Position numbers and translations under genes: made by a program
Virus record (IMG/VR): IMGVR_UViG_3300040733_000021
Span: 1-41,648 of that record
Origin: a virus
Lineage: Duplodnaviria; Caudoviricetes
Direction: 5' to 3' (one strand)
DNA length: 41,648 bases
Shown here: positions 17,502-25,840 of the stretch, piece after piece
Layout: every line of letters begins with the position of its first letter
How positions within the stretch are numbered: the stretch's first letter is position 1
Notes under the pieces: generated by a model
What the model was told of the DNA's origin: nothing
Seen by the model: the letters and a program-made list of their open reading frames with translations, nothing else
The model's database searches: none

Positions 17502-18094
17502 CAGGCGTTCCTCGCTGCGATCAGCTCTCCGTCGGGTAACGGAGCCTGCTGGGACTCGCCGAACGACAGCGCCCCGGCTTCAGCCAAGGTGTGGACATAG
17601 GTCTGATTGGCGACCTGTGCGTATTTCGGATCAGCGGAAAGGGGGGTTGCAATCTCCGCTGCGATGGCCCAGGCCAGGGCGTTGGAGAAGGCGGGGGAGA
17701 AAAGGCCCGTCAGGGTTATGTGCGCGGTGTACTCCAGTACGGCGGCTTCCTGGTCGCACAGGATGGCCTTACCGTTGCTCTCGCTGTCAGCGATGACGCA
17801 AAACGGAACCTGGGTATAACCGCAGCCGGGAGGGACGATCCGCCGCGCCTGTAGGCAGTCGTTAGGGTAGCGATAGCGGTAGCCCCAGGGACTTACAGGA
17901 CTGCCGACGTCCTGAAGATCGACGTAGCGGGTTGCAAACTGCCAGGGGAAGTCCTGTAACACCCGCTCCAGGGTGAACCCGTAGATCTTCTTGCAGATAG
18001 CGGCCTCTGTCGTCGGGTCGTCCAGTGAGTTAATGAACTGCTGGCAGCCGACGCGACCAAGGGCGATGTTGCAGATTTGAACGTCAGAGGTCAT
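17501..18094 (-). CDS. Tail tubular protein A (adaptor/gatekeeper)
   Basis: 'VQICNIAL', 'PWQFA', 'W.YRYRYPNDCL' motifs; synteny. Confidence 0.85.
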   Translation of the reverse strand: MTSDVQICNIALGRVGCQQFINSLDDPTTEAAICKKIYGFTLERVLQDFPWQFATRYVDLQDVGSPVSPWGYRYRYPNDCLQARRIVPPGCGYTQVPFCVIADSESNGKAILCDQEAAVLEYTAHITLTGLFSPAFSNALAWAIAAEIATPLSADPKYAQVANQTYVHTLAEAGALSFGESQQAPLPDGELIAARNA

Positions 18095-18104
18095 GGGAAA
18101 TCCT

Positions 18105-20681
18105 TTATTTCAGCGCGATAATATTGCTACGGGTCCGCTTGACAACATCGTCAGCGACAGAGAACAGTTTGTCATGCTCTTCGCTGGTAAGACCACCTTG
18201 CGTCATGTAGGGGAATCCCTCCACGCGGTTGAAGTTCAGGAAGATCGGCCCGCCGGTCATGTCCATCACGTCGGTGGCTGGGCCTGACGCCGGGATGATG
18301 TTTCCCCCGGTGAGCTGGAGCGGGGCTGTTTTGGAGTTCTTGACCTTCAGCCCGCCCTCGAACACGAAATGCGTGCTGTCCGTTGCCTCGATGTAGAGCG
18401 CCTGATCCCTGATTCCGTCCTCCGTTCCCAGCCAGTACACCTCAAAAGCGTACAGCCGTTGTGCCGTGGTGGTGTTGTCCGGATCGTCCACGTCAATGAT
18501 CAGGTTGGTGCCGCTGATACTGCACTCCGTAACGGTACTGCCGTCGATGCAGATGGTGTTGTAGACCGCGTCGTCCTCCTGCGCCACGTTCAGGCTCATG
18601 CCATTGGCCGTGAGCGTCCCGCTGGACTCATACCAGCGCTTGGCCGTCCCGCCGGCGACGTACATCACCCGCACTCGGATGGCGTGGTCTGCGGTCCAGA
18701 TGGCCGGGACGGTGAGGGTTGAGGCGTTGACTACGGCGTTGTGGAGCTCGGTGGCGCTGGTCAGGTCGTAGAGCTGCACCCGGCTGCCGGAGACGAGGCC
18801 GGTCAACTGGATGGTAGTGTAGGTGCCGCCGGCTGCGGTGATGGTGACCAAGGAGCTGCCGTTGTTGGCGAGGGTCAGGGCATTGCTGCCCAGGTTGAGG
18901 CGGCCGGATCCAGACAGGGCGCAGCCGTCGATGGTCAGGCTGTAGTCACTGGCGTAGGTGCCGCCGTCCGCCGTGGTGATCGGCTCGGCATACTGCATGT
19001 TTGCGCTCTGACAGGCCCACCACTGGGAGTAGTCGTACAGCTCCTGCATGGTGTGGGGCTCGGTGATCGTGATAGTCTTGGCGCTGCCGTCGATGGTGAT
19101 ACCGGTGTAGGTTGCTGCTGCGGACTCGGAGGCGACGGTGAAGGGGTTGATGCTAATATATGATGTGGTCGCTATCTTTGCATTGAATGTTAGGGACAGG
19201 GTGCCGAATTGATAACCATATTTCCGTACCTTCAATGCAAAAACATTGTAATTGTCAACCGCCCGAGTGATCCCCACAATTCCGGTACAGGTGACTTTCT
19301 TTGCCAACACATCCTGGTTGGCAATCTTGCCTGTAGAGAGCGTTGTGAGGTTGAATTGCTGCACCCCGCTGGCATTATATAACCCAACACGCGCGGATTG
19401 GACCGGACTCCCTGCCGAGTCATTTACGGACAGGTCAAGCGTGTAATAGACGTTGAAAATCCATACCGATGTTGTCCTGGACACCCGCACCACAGGCAGA
19501 TTTTCTGGGTCATCGAATGTTACGTCGTAGAGGTTAATGTCCCCGCCTTGATTTACTCCGTAGCCAATATCCCAAAAATGTTCGGCTATTGATTTTCTGA
19601 GAAAAGTGCAATCCCTAAATGCGGGAGTATACAACGAGTAAATATATCCATAGCTATCAATAACAGTTAGATTTTGGTATGTGCCTGTGGTGTAAAATCT
19701 CAAATCCGGAGCGTGTAGAATTGTAATATTTGATAACGGAACATTTCCTTCCCGCACACCACAAGCATCCAGTATGCAACCTCTCATTCCTCCAGTTGTG
19801 CCGGGAGTGTGGTCAATTGAGGTATCGTCGCCCCACAACGCAGATGTAAGTGGCATGTAATTCACTTTAAACAGGCAATCATAGTATTTAATGTTGGTGA
19901 CTGACCATCTGCCAGAGTAGGAAAACACCAACACAGTGCAGCCGTCGTAGGCCACATCGACTGTGGCGTTGTATGAGCCAAACTGACAGACAAATGAAGT
20001 AGATCCGTTTGTTATCCGACCTTGCACAAACCCTACAATTTTATTTTTGGTAATCATGCTTCCGGATGTAGCCGTACTCAAAATACGGATTGATCCCTTG
20101 AGGGCAAAAATTCCAGAGTCAAAACTGCAATATCCCGAGTAACCCGCTGCATCAACAGCTTTTTTAATATCAAGCAGCGTAAGGTCACCATTTGTGCCGT
20201 CAATTGTTACTATTATTGTTCCTAGGTCAGGGCTTAGGCCCCCAAATATCGTTCCAGTTGGGTAGTAATCCGATGCAGCATAATCTGTACTACCTATTAT
20301 GATTTGTGTGTCTAGGGTCCGCTGTGATGGCGCGGAATTGATGAGATACGAGTTTGATGTAGTAGTGGGTGCTAAACTTGAGCCAACTCGGCAAAAAATA
20401 CCATAATTACCTGCGACCGTGGTCAGGTATATATTATACGCTCCGGCACCGGCGACCGATGTCCAGGCTATCAGCGCCTGTTTATTGGTGGAGTCAGTGT
20501 CGAAATACTGCTCGGCACTCATCAAACCGAGCACCCCTGTTTCCTTTGACACCCTGTCGTTTATAGTCCTGGACACGACCCGGTAATAGTAGCGGGTGTT
20601 GGCCGCCAGAGTGCCGCCTGGCTGGAGAGTAGCAGTAATTCCCGTGGGCGCGGGGAGAGGAGGTGTAATTGTAATACTCAT
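18105..20681 (-). CDS. Large beta-rich virion accessory protein (head or side fibre), mosaic
   Basis: 858 aa, Thr/Ser/Gly-rich; FN3-like N-terminus (APTGITAT...YYYRV...YNIY); between head and tail genes; sharp GC shift near 19150. Confidence 0.6.
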   Translation of the reverse strand: MSITITPPLPAPTGITATLQPGGTLAANTRYYYRVVSRTINDRVSKETGVLGLMSAEQYFDTDSTNKQALIAWTSVAGAGAYNIYLTTVAGNYGIFCRVGSSLAPTTTSNSYLINSAPSQRTLDTQIIIGSTDYAASDYYPTGTIFGGLSPDLGTIIVTIDGTNGDLTLLDIKKAVDAAGYSGYCSFDSGIFALKGSIRILSTATSGSMITKNKIVGFVQGRITNGSTSFVCQFGSYNATVDVAYDGCTVLVFSYSGRWSVTNIKYYDCLFKVNYMPLTSALWGDDTSIDHTPGTTGGMRGCILDACGVREGNVPLSNITILHAPDLRFYTTGTYQNLTVIDSYGYIYSLYTPAFRDCTFLRKSIAEHFWDIGYGVNQGGDINLYDVTFDDPENLPVVRVSRTTSVWIFNVYYTLDLSVNDSAGSPVQSARVGLYNASGVQQFNLTTLSTGKIANQDVLAKKVTCTGIVGITRAVDNYNVFALKVRKYGYQFGTLSLTFNAKIATTSYISINPFTVASESAAATYTGITIDGSAKTITITEPHTMQELYDYSQWWACQSANMQYAEPITTADGGTYASDYSLTIDGCALSGSGRLNLGSNALTLANNGSSLVTITAAGGTYTTIQLTGLVSGSRVQLYDLTSATELHNAVVNASTLTVPAIWTADHAIRVRVMYVAGGTAKRWYESSGTLTANGMSLNVAQEDDAVYNTICIDGSTVTECSISGTNLIIDVDDPDNTTTAQRLYAFEVYWLGTEDGIRDQALYIEATDSTHFVFEGGLKVKNSKTAPLQLTGGNIIPASGPATDVMDMTGGPIFLNFNRVEGFPYMTQGGLTSEEHDKLFSVADDVVKRTRSNIIALK

Positions 20682-20773
20682 CAGCTATACCCCCATCCCG
20701 CGCGGTCAGCCCAGGCGTCGGAAAAATCCCCGCTGCCGGAGGCGACCGTCCAAGTGCAGGCATTACCTACCAT
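20681..20773 (-). CDS. 30-aa micro-ORF or gene remnant (MVGNACTWTVASGSGDFSDAWADRAGWGYS)
   Basis: TGATG coupling to the 858-aa gene; W-x-x-R-A-x-x-x-Y end motif shared with 20957..21190. Confidence 0.45.
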   Translation of the reverse strand: MVGNACTWTVASGSGDFSDAWADRAGWGYS

Positions 20774-20957
20774 CCCTGATCCTCTGGATTACCCGGTCAA
20801 CGGCTGTCGCTACTTTGTTATGGAACTGCTTACGGGTAAGGGTGAGCGTCACGCTACCGACCTCGTTGATCAGAGCATCTCGAAACTCCCCGAGTGTCAC
20901 GCGTTGGGCAATGTCATCCTGCACAATCTCAACCCTGATAATCTTGTTATCTTTCAT
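20763..20957 (-). CDS. Hypothetical protein (64 aa)
   Basis: TGATG coupling; RBS AAGGGGGG. Confidence 0.6.
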   Translation of the reverse strand: MKDNKIIRVEIVQDDIAQRVTLGEFRDALINEVGSVTLTLTRKQFHNKVATAVDRVIQRIRDGR

Positions 20958-21190
20958 CAACGCCCCCCTTGTACATAGTCATAGGCCAGGCTTGCGCGGT
21001 TCGTCCAGGCGATGGCGTATACGTCCTTTCCGAATACATAGCGATATTGCTGGTTTGGGGTATCTTCCTTCATGATGTAAAACTCTCCGTTGGAACGTTG
21101 GTAGCCGTAATATTTGATGTCATTGTCGGTATCAATATCACATACCTGATAATCACCCATGCCAACGGGGAGCGTTGCTGACGAGCCCAT
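20957..21190 (-). CDS. Hypothetical small virion-associated protein
   Basis: RBS GGAG before ATG 21190; ends AWTNRASLAYDY. Confidence 0.6.
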   Translation of the reverse strand: MGSSATLPVGMGDYQVCDIDTDNDIKYYGYQRSNGEFYIMKEDTPNQQYRYVFGKDVYAIAWTNRASLAYDYVQGGR

Positions 21191-21205
21191 GCAAGTCTCC
21201 ATTAT

Positions 21206-21228
21206 GCGGGGAGGGCCAGCCTCCCCGC
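21206..21228 (-). terminator. GC-rich hairpin after the head genes
   Basis: GCGGGGAGG-N5-CCTCCCCGC perfect stem with no clear U-tract; may be a stabiliser or processing hairpin. Confidence 0.45.
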
Positions 21229-21239
21229 GTCACTCGTTA

Positions 21240-21503
21240 TCAGGACAACTGAGGGTCAGACAAGTCGTCATTCTTACCCGGCCAGATCATGGCCAGCGAC
21301 GGAGCGCCCCGCGTTCCCGGATTGAATATCTTCTTCTCCACACCCAGCAGTGACAACGCCTTGACGGCGTCCTTATCCAGCGGTTCCCAGGTGCGGGAAG
21401 GGGGCGTTTCGTTGGCCAACTCCAGCTCCAGGGGGTTGCTCATGGACGCCTCGTGATAGCGCCCCTCCACCACTGCGGGCTTAAAAATCATGTATCGCGC
21501 CAT
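21240..21503 (-). CDS. Hypothetical head-module protein (87 aa)
   Basis: RBS AAGGAG; located in the head operon. Confidence 0.65.
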   Translation of the reverse strand: MARYMIFKPAVVEGRYHEASMSNPLELELANETPPSRTWEPLDKDAVKALSLLGVEKKIFNPGTRGAPSLAMIWPGKNDDLSDPQLS

Positions 21504-21516
21504 CTTGTGTCACTCC

Positions 21517-21927
21517 TTACGTCGGATAGGATTGGATGTTTTTGACGATAGCGGCGCTCATGGCACCGGCGGTGGTATTGCTTGACAGCGGCGTGTACTG
21601 CACCCCCACGTAGCGCTTGGTGTTCTGGGGAAGCGCGGTCTGCCAGACCACGGTCCCGGCCGCAGGAGTGGCCGCCGTGGTGATGGACAGGAGCACGTCG
21701 GGGGATGATAGGTTGGCTGATGCGCTTTGGATGTAGTCGATCTTGACGCCGCCGGAGCCACCCACCACGGTGGTTGTGACGTTTACAGTCAGATACAGCG
21801 GCTCGCCGGTGCCGAGGTCCGAACCAGCCGAAGCGAGGTCAACGGTATTGGTGGAGACGATGGCGGTCGAGGCGGTGCCGGAAATGGCCTGTGCGTCGGA
21901 AAGTACAAGCTGGTTATCGAGGATCAT
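21517..21927 (-). CDS. Capsid cement/decoration protein (BPP-1 Bbp16-like)
   Basis: 'MILDNQLVLSDAQAI..STNTVDL..DLGTGEPL..RYVGVQY' pattern; directly after the major capsid gene. Confidence 0.8.
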   Translation of the reverse strand: MILDNQLVLSDAQAISGTASTAIVSTNTVDLASAGSDLGTGEPLYLTVNVTTTVVGGSGGVKIDYIQSASANLSSPDVLLSITTAATPAAGTVVWQTALPQNTKRYVGVQYTPLSSNTTAGAMSAAIVKNIQSYPT

Positions 21928-21944
21928 AATTTCTCCCTGTAGAG

Positions 21945-21966
21945 GCGGGGGGATTTACCCCCCCGC
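21945..21966 (-). terminator. Hairpin after the major capsid gene
   Basis: GCGGGGGG-N6-CCCCCCGC stem between the capsid and cement genes. Confidence 0.45.
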
Positions 21967-21981
21967 TCGGTTGTGGTGTGG

Positions 21982-22989
21982 TTAGCTGATGACGGACTCG
22001 GTGGTGGTAATGGCGTCCACGACCTTGATGGGGATGCCGAGGAACGAAGGGATGCGCGCGCCGGTGCCGCCGCCGTTGCTGCCGTCGATCCACTCCAACA
22101 GGTTTGCCTGCATGTTCATCAGGTTTTTGTTCAGGTGGCTGAAGGCCCAACGGTTCATGTAGAACACGGGGCGGCAGTTGTCGGTGGAATACAGCGCCGC
22201 TATCATATCGGTCATCAGGCTGACAATATACTTGTCGCTGGTGGTGGCTGCGGAGGTGTCGATGTTGCAGCCGCGCACGACATAGCGGTAATCGCGGATG
22301 CACATCCCGATTTTCCAGACGTAGCGTGTGACGTAGGCGAGGAACTGTTTGCTGTTGCCGTCAAGCACAAGCTGCCTGCCAAGATCCTCCTGCTGGATTC
22401 CGGCTTGTGAGTCCTTGGGGTAGATGCCGAAAACCTTGTCGGGCGCCCAGCCCACCAGCCACACCGACGTTTGGTCATTGCCGGACGAGGAGCCGCCCCA
22501 CTTGACGATTTGTGCCGCAGCCGGGTTGCCGGATGTGGCGGCCAGGCGGGGGGCAATGCCGTGGAACCGCTCGGCGTTCAGGCGTACGTCATTGTAGAAG
22601 ATGCCGGTGGCAATATCGTTGCCCATGCCGGAGAGAAACAGCAGATCCTCCGACTGACGATAGGCCGCCTTGTTCGCGCCCATCATGCCGGGATTGTCCA
22701 CGTCGATCACCGAACGGGCCTCGAAGATGCCGCAAGACTCGTCCACCTGGTCCGTGGTGCCTTTGGTGGCGTCGTAGCCCTGGTTGAGCCGCCGCCATGT
22801 GCCAGAGGGAAGGGCGGTGGAAGAGGTAAAGCGGTGGCCGGTGGGAAGGTTACCCTCTACCCAGGGGATGTCGTTCATGATGGGGTTGACCTTGGACAGG
22901 ACGTTAGCCACCTGGGCAACGCTGCCATTGGGGTCGAGACGCTTGGCGAAGTCCGCCATGGTTACAAAGGTGTTTCCGATAGTTGACAT
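21982..22989 (-). CDS. Major capsid protein (BPP-1 Bbp17-like, HK97 fold)
   Basis: 'NPIMNDIPWVEGNLPTGH..LPSGTWRRLNQG', 'DYRYVVR.CNID', 'F.GIPI..VDAI..TE..I' motifs. Confidence 0.9.
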   Translation of the reverse strand: MSTIGNTFVTMADFAKRLDPNGSVAQVANVLSKVNPIMNDIPWVEGNLPTGHRFTSSTALPSGTWRRLNQGYDATKGTTDQVDESCGIFEARSVIDVDNPGMMGANKAAYRQSEDLLFLSGMGNDIATGIFYNDVRLNAERFHGIAPRLAATSGNPAAAQIVKWGGSSSGNDQTSVWLVGWAPDKVFGIYPKDSQAGIQQEDLGRQLVLDGNSKQFLAYVTRYVWKIGMCIRDYRYVVRGCNIDTSAATTSDKYIVSLMTDMIAALYSTDNCRPVFYMNRWAFSHLNKNLMNMQANLLEWIDGSNGGGTGARIPSFLGIPIKVVDAITTTESVIS

Positions 22990-23042
22990 ACTGGCTCCTC
23001 TGTGGGCGGGTTGTTATCCCGCAAAAAGGGTGGTTGATTACG

Positions 23043-23657
23043 TCAAAACATTGACGGGTACATGTTTTTCAGAATGGCTTCACGGTCGGGCTCTGCCCTC
23101 GATTTGCTGCCGCTTTCCATGCGGGAGTCTTCGGCCATGCCCTTGCCGACACGGTACATGAGTTTTGCGAGAACAGGAGACGCTCCGAACCGGTCGATGT
23201 ACGCGACCAGCTCCGCCTGCTCGTCGGCGTTCAAAAAACTGTCCAGCGCCCGCGCAACCACCTGCTCAGTGTGTTTGAAGTTGTCGCCGCCGATTTCCTT
23301 GTCTTTCCTGATTGCCTCTAACCGTTGATTCTTGTCTGCCTGAAAAGCCTCTTCCATTTTCCTGACGCCTTCGGCCTTCAGGGTTACCAGCTGCTGCGCC
23401 TGGTCCTGGGTCAGATTCATCTGTTTGAAGATGGGGATTGCCTGCTTGAGCGCCATCTTATCCAGCTTCATTCCCTCAGGAAGGGTAAACTCTGCGTAAG
23501 ACTCCGGCGCACCCGCTGGCTTTTCAGCTCCTGATTCCTGGCCCGCTGCATCGTTGACGGAAGCCTGGTCAGAGGCGGCTATCTCCGCCTCAGGTGACTC
23601 CGTTGCCTCAGTAGTCGTTTCCGCCGTCTCCGTCGAGGTCTGCGATTCGTCGCTCAT
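23043..23657 (-). CDS. Scaffolding protein
   Basis: Acidic low-complexity N-terminus; 'APESYAEFTLPEG', 'LTQDQAQQLV', 'DKEIGG' motifs; upstream of the capsid gene. Confidence 0.75.
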   Translation of the reverse strand: MSDESQTSTETAETTTEATESPEAEIAASDQASVNDAAGQESGAEKPAGAPESYAEFTLPEGMKLDKMALKQAIPIFKQMNLTQDQAQQLVTLKAEGVRKMEEAFQADKNQRLEAIRKDKEIGGDNFKHTEQVVARALDSFLNADEQAELVAYIDRFGASPVLAKLMYRVGKGMAEDSRMESGSKSRAEPDREAILKNMYPSMF

Positions 23658-23922
23658 GATTCTGTTCCCTTTCCTTTGCTCCACGCTGCATGCTGATAAA
23701 CTTCTCCGGGGCGGCTTCCATCAGGTCGTTCAGGACCGTCAAGCCCACGATTCGTCGTCCCTCGTTGTAAGCGGTCGTGTACGGGTCCGGGTTGAACGAC
23801 TCGCTGAACACGTTGGCCATGGCCAGGAGCCGCCAGAGGAATCGCCTCCCGCTCCTGGTTCCGGCCACGCTCTTGATGTCGTCCAGCTCTTCACGCCGCC
23901 ACTCAGTAGTAATGTCCGTCAT
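23608..23922 (-). CDS. Conserved head-module protein (Bbp19-like)
   Basis: 'T.SGRRFLWRLL..ANVF..SF....TAYNEGRR.VGL' motif. Confidence 0.75.
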   Translation of the reverse strand: MTDITTEWRREELDDIKSVAGTRSGRRFLWRLLAMANVFSESFNPDPYTTAYNEGRRIVGLTVLNDLMEAAPEKFISMQRGAKEREQNHERRIADLDGDGGNDY

Positions 23923-25610
23923 ATACCCAGAATCCTATTCAATGCGCTGGAGTCTCCCACCCCGGTTTCTGACAGCAGCCGCGCGGCCTGCGCGCCCTGC
24001 TGCATCGCAGGGGCGGCTTGCGCCAGCTGTTCAAGCTGTTGCTGCTGCTGTTGCTGTTGCGCTCTCTCGGCTCGTATTTTGGCTACCACATCGTCTGACA
24101 ACACCACCTTGGGCGACGTGCCCAGCATTCCGGCCATCTCGTCAACGGAGTGGTCAAAGTCGATCTTGTCCAGAATGTCGGGGCGAATGGCGGCGATGTT
24201 CCCCACAAACCCCATGAGCTGCTGAATAGCCGCAGTGCCAATCATCTTTTGAGCGCTGGCCATTATCGACACGTATTCGATGTTGATCGGCTGGCCGCGC
24301 AGCTCTTCGGGCAGCGGGGGGATCAGCTTCCTGCTCTCCATAATCCTGTAGGTGCGGTGAATGATGGGACTCAGCAGCTCCTCGTTCATTCGCTCCATCA
24401 CAGGGCCAAGGATCAGAAGTTTCTCCTGGTGCCGCTCCTCCACCTCGCGGGCGGTCATGTTGCTGATATCCGACGTGGCGAACATCTGCATCATGTCGGC
24501 GTAGAAAGCCTTGTTGATTTGAGCCTGAAGCGCCTGGATCTTCTCCGCCAGTGGGGCCAGCGTCGCGGGGGGGACATCCTGCATGGGGCGAGCTCCCGCG
24601 CCCGCCGCCTGTGACAGTCCCGAGATATAGGTAATCGCGCCGGGCAGCATGCTGATGCGCTGGTTTCTCAGCATGGCGTCGGCGATCAGGGGCGGGTCGG
24701 CGATCTTGTTGACGATCTTGTCAAACAGCTTGACCGCAGATTGCAGCATCTGATTGTCGGACAGCGAAATCATCCCCGGACAGCATGAGCCGTAGACGTC
24801 TTCGCCCGTCACCTCCCAGCGGGGAGCTTGAGCGGGAAAATCGCGGAACCCTCCGCAATCCAGCATCCTGCCGCTGTCGCCGTCCGCCAGCTCGAAGCGG
24901 GCCGAGATGTACGGAAGGTTGCGGTTGTCCTTCAGCTCCGGGTTTCGTCCCCGGTTTGGCTGGATTGCGTGGACAACGTCAATCCACTCGTCAAAGTGCT
25001 TGTTGTCGTAGGCCAGCCGCACCTGATCCGAAACGTTCTCTTTGCCGAACTCGTCCACCAGCTGGCTGACAGTCATGCTGTATTCGCGGATCAGGGTATT
25101 GACTCTGCCGCCGGAGTCGGTCCCCAAGTAAAACGAGCCCACCGGCAGCGGATAGAAGCGGATTACGTCCTGATCATCCTCCATGAGGAGCTGAGCCCCC
25201 ACGCCGAACGCGGCGAGCTGATGGTAAATGATGGGCAACGCCTGATAGATATTCGATGAGCTGAACACCTCCCGCATGGTGTTCTCCACGTCGAACAGCC
25301 ACCGCTTTACGGCGTCGCTCTCCGCTGCCTGCGCATTGCTCACCGACAGCCGGAACCAGGGGCGTGCGGGAGAAGTCAGTCCGGCCATCATCCCCGACAC
25401 CAGCACCCGCAGCGCAAACGGCGCGGTATTGTCGTAGATGTCCTGGCCGGAGCGTGTGCCCTTGTTGCACTCCGACGAGAGAAAGCGGGTAGAGCGGGGA
25501 GACAACAGGCGGGCGATGGATTTCCAGTGTCCGTCGTAGCTGTTCCGCTCCTGCTTGAGCTGGGAGAGCCTGCACAGGACATCCTGCTTGAGCTTGGCCG
25601 ACATCGTCAC
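23919..25610 (-). CDS. Portal protein (head-tail connector)
   Basis: 'GLTSPARPWF', 'RWEVTGEDVYG', 'MTAREVEER.QEKL.ILGPV.ER' motifs; 563 aa. Confidence 0.92.
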   Translation of the reverse strand: MTMSAKLKQDVLCRLSQLKQERNSYDGHWKSIARLLSPRSTRFLSSECNKGTRSGQDIYDNTAPFALRVLVSGMMAGLTSPARPWFRLSVSNAQAAESDAVKRWLFDVENTMREVFSSSNIYQALPIIYHQLAAFGVGAQLLMEDDQDVIRFYPLPVGSFYLGTDSGGRVNTLIREYSMTVSQLVDEFGKENVSDQVRLAYDNKHFDEWIDVVHAIQPNRGRNPELKDNRNLPYISARFELADGDSGRMLDCGGFRDFPAQAPRWEVTGEDVYGSCCPGMISLSDNQMLQSAVKLFDKIVNKIADPPLIADAMLRNQRISMLPGAITYISGLSQAAGAGARPMQDVPPATLAPLAEKIQALQAQINKAFYADMMQMFATSDISNMTAREVEERHQEKLLILGPVMERMNEELLSPIIHRTYRIMESRKLIPPLPEELRGQPINIEYVSIMASAQKMIGTAAIQQLMGFVGNIAAIRPDILDKIDFDHSVDEMAGMLGTSPKVVLSDDVVAKIRAERAQQQQQQQQLEQLAQAAPAMQQGAQAARLLSETGVGDSSALNRILGI

Positions 25611-25840
25611 AGCCCCAGGAGTGATTTGACAGCCGTGGTAGCCTGTCCGCTCGCGCCTTTGGAACTGGTCAGGATCGTGTTGCTTGCGCTTGCCCTCAGC
25701 CGGTTGCGTTCAGAATCTCGGGCAGCCACCACCGCAGCGTCCTGTTCTTCGGGCGCTTGGGCCACAGGGGTAACCTTGGGCTTCCCACCACCGCACCCCA
25801 GAACGGGCAGCAGCAAAAATGACAGGATGTAACGTTTCAT
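25607..25840 (-). CDS. Small virion assembly protein (T7 gp7.3-like) with lipoprotein-type signal
   Basis: 'TILTS..G......KSLLG' C-terminus typical of the pre-portal gene; N-terminus MKRYILSFLLLPVLG-C. Confidence 0.65.
   Translation of the reverse strand: MKRYILSFLLLPVLGCGGGKPKVTPVAQAPEEQDAAVVAARDSERNRLRASASNTILTSSKGASGQATTAVKSLLGL

Noticed and set aside
24038-24060. Poly-Gln/CAG-type repeat in the portal gene
   Set aside because: Gln-rich C-terminal tails are ordinary in this portal family.
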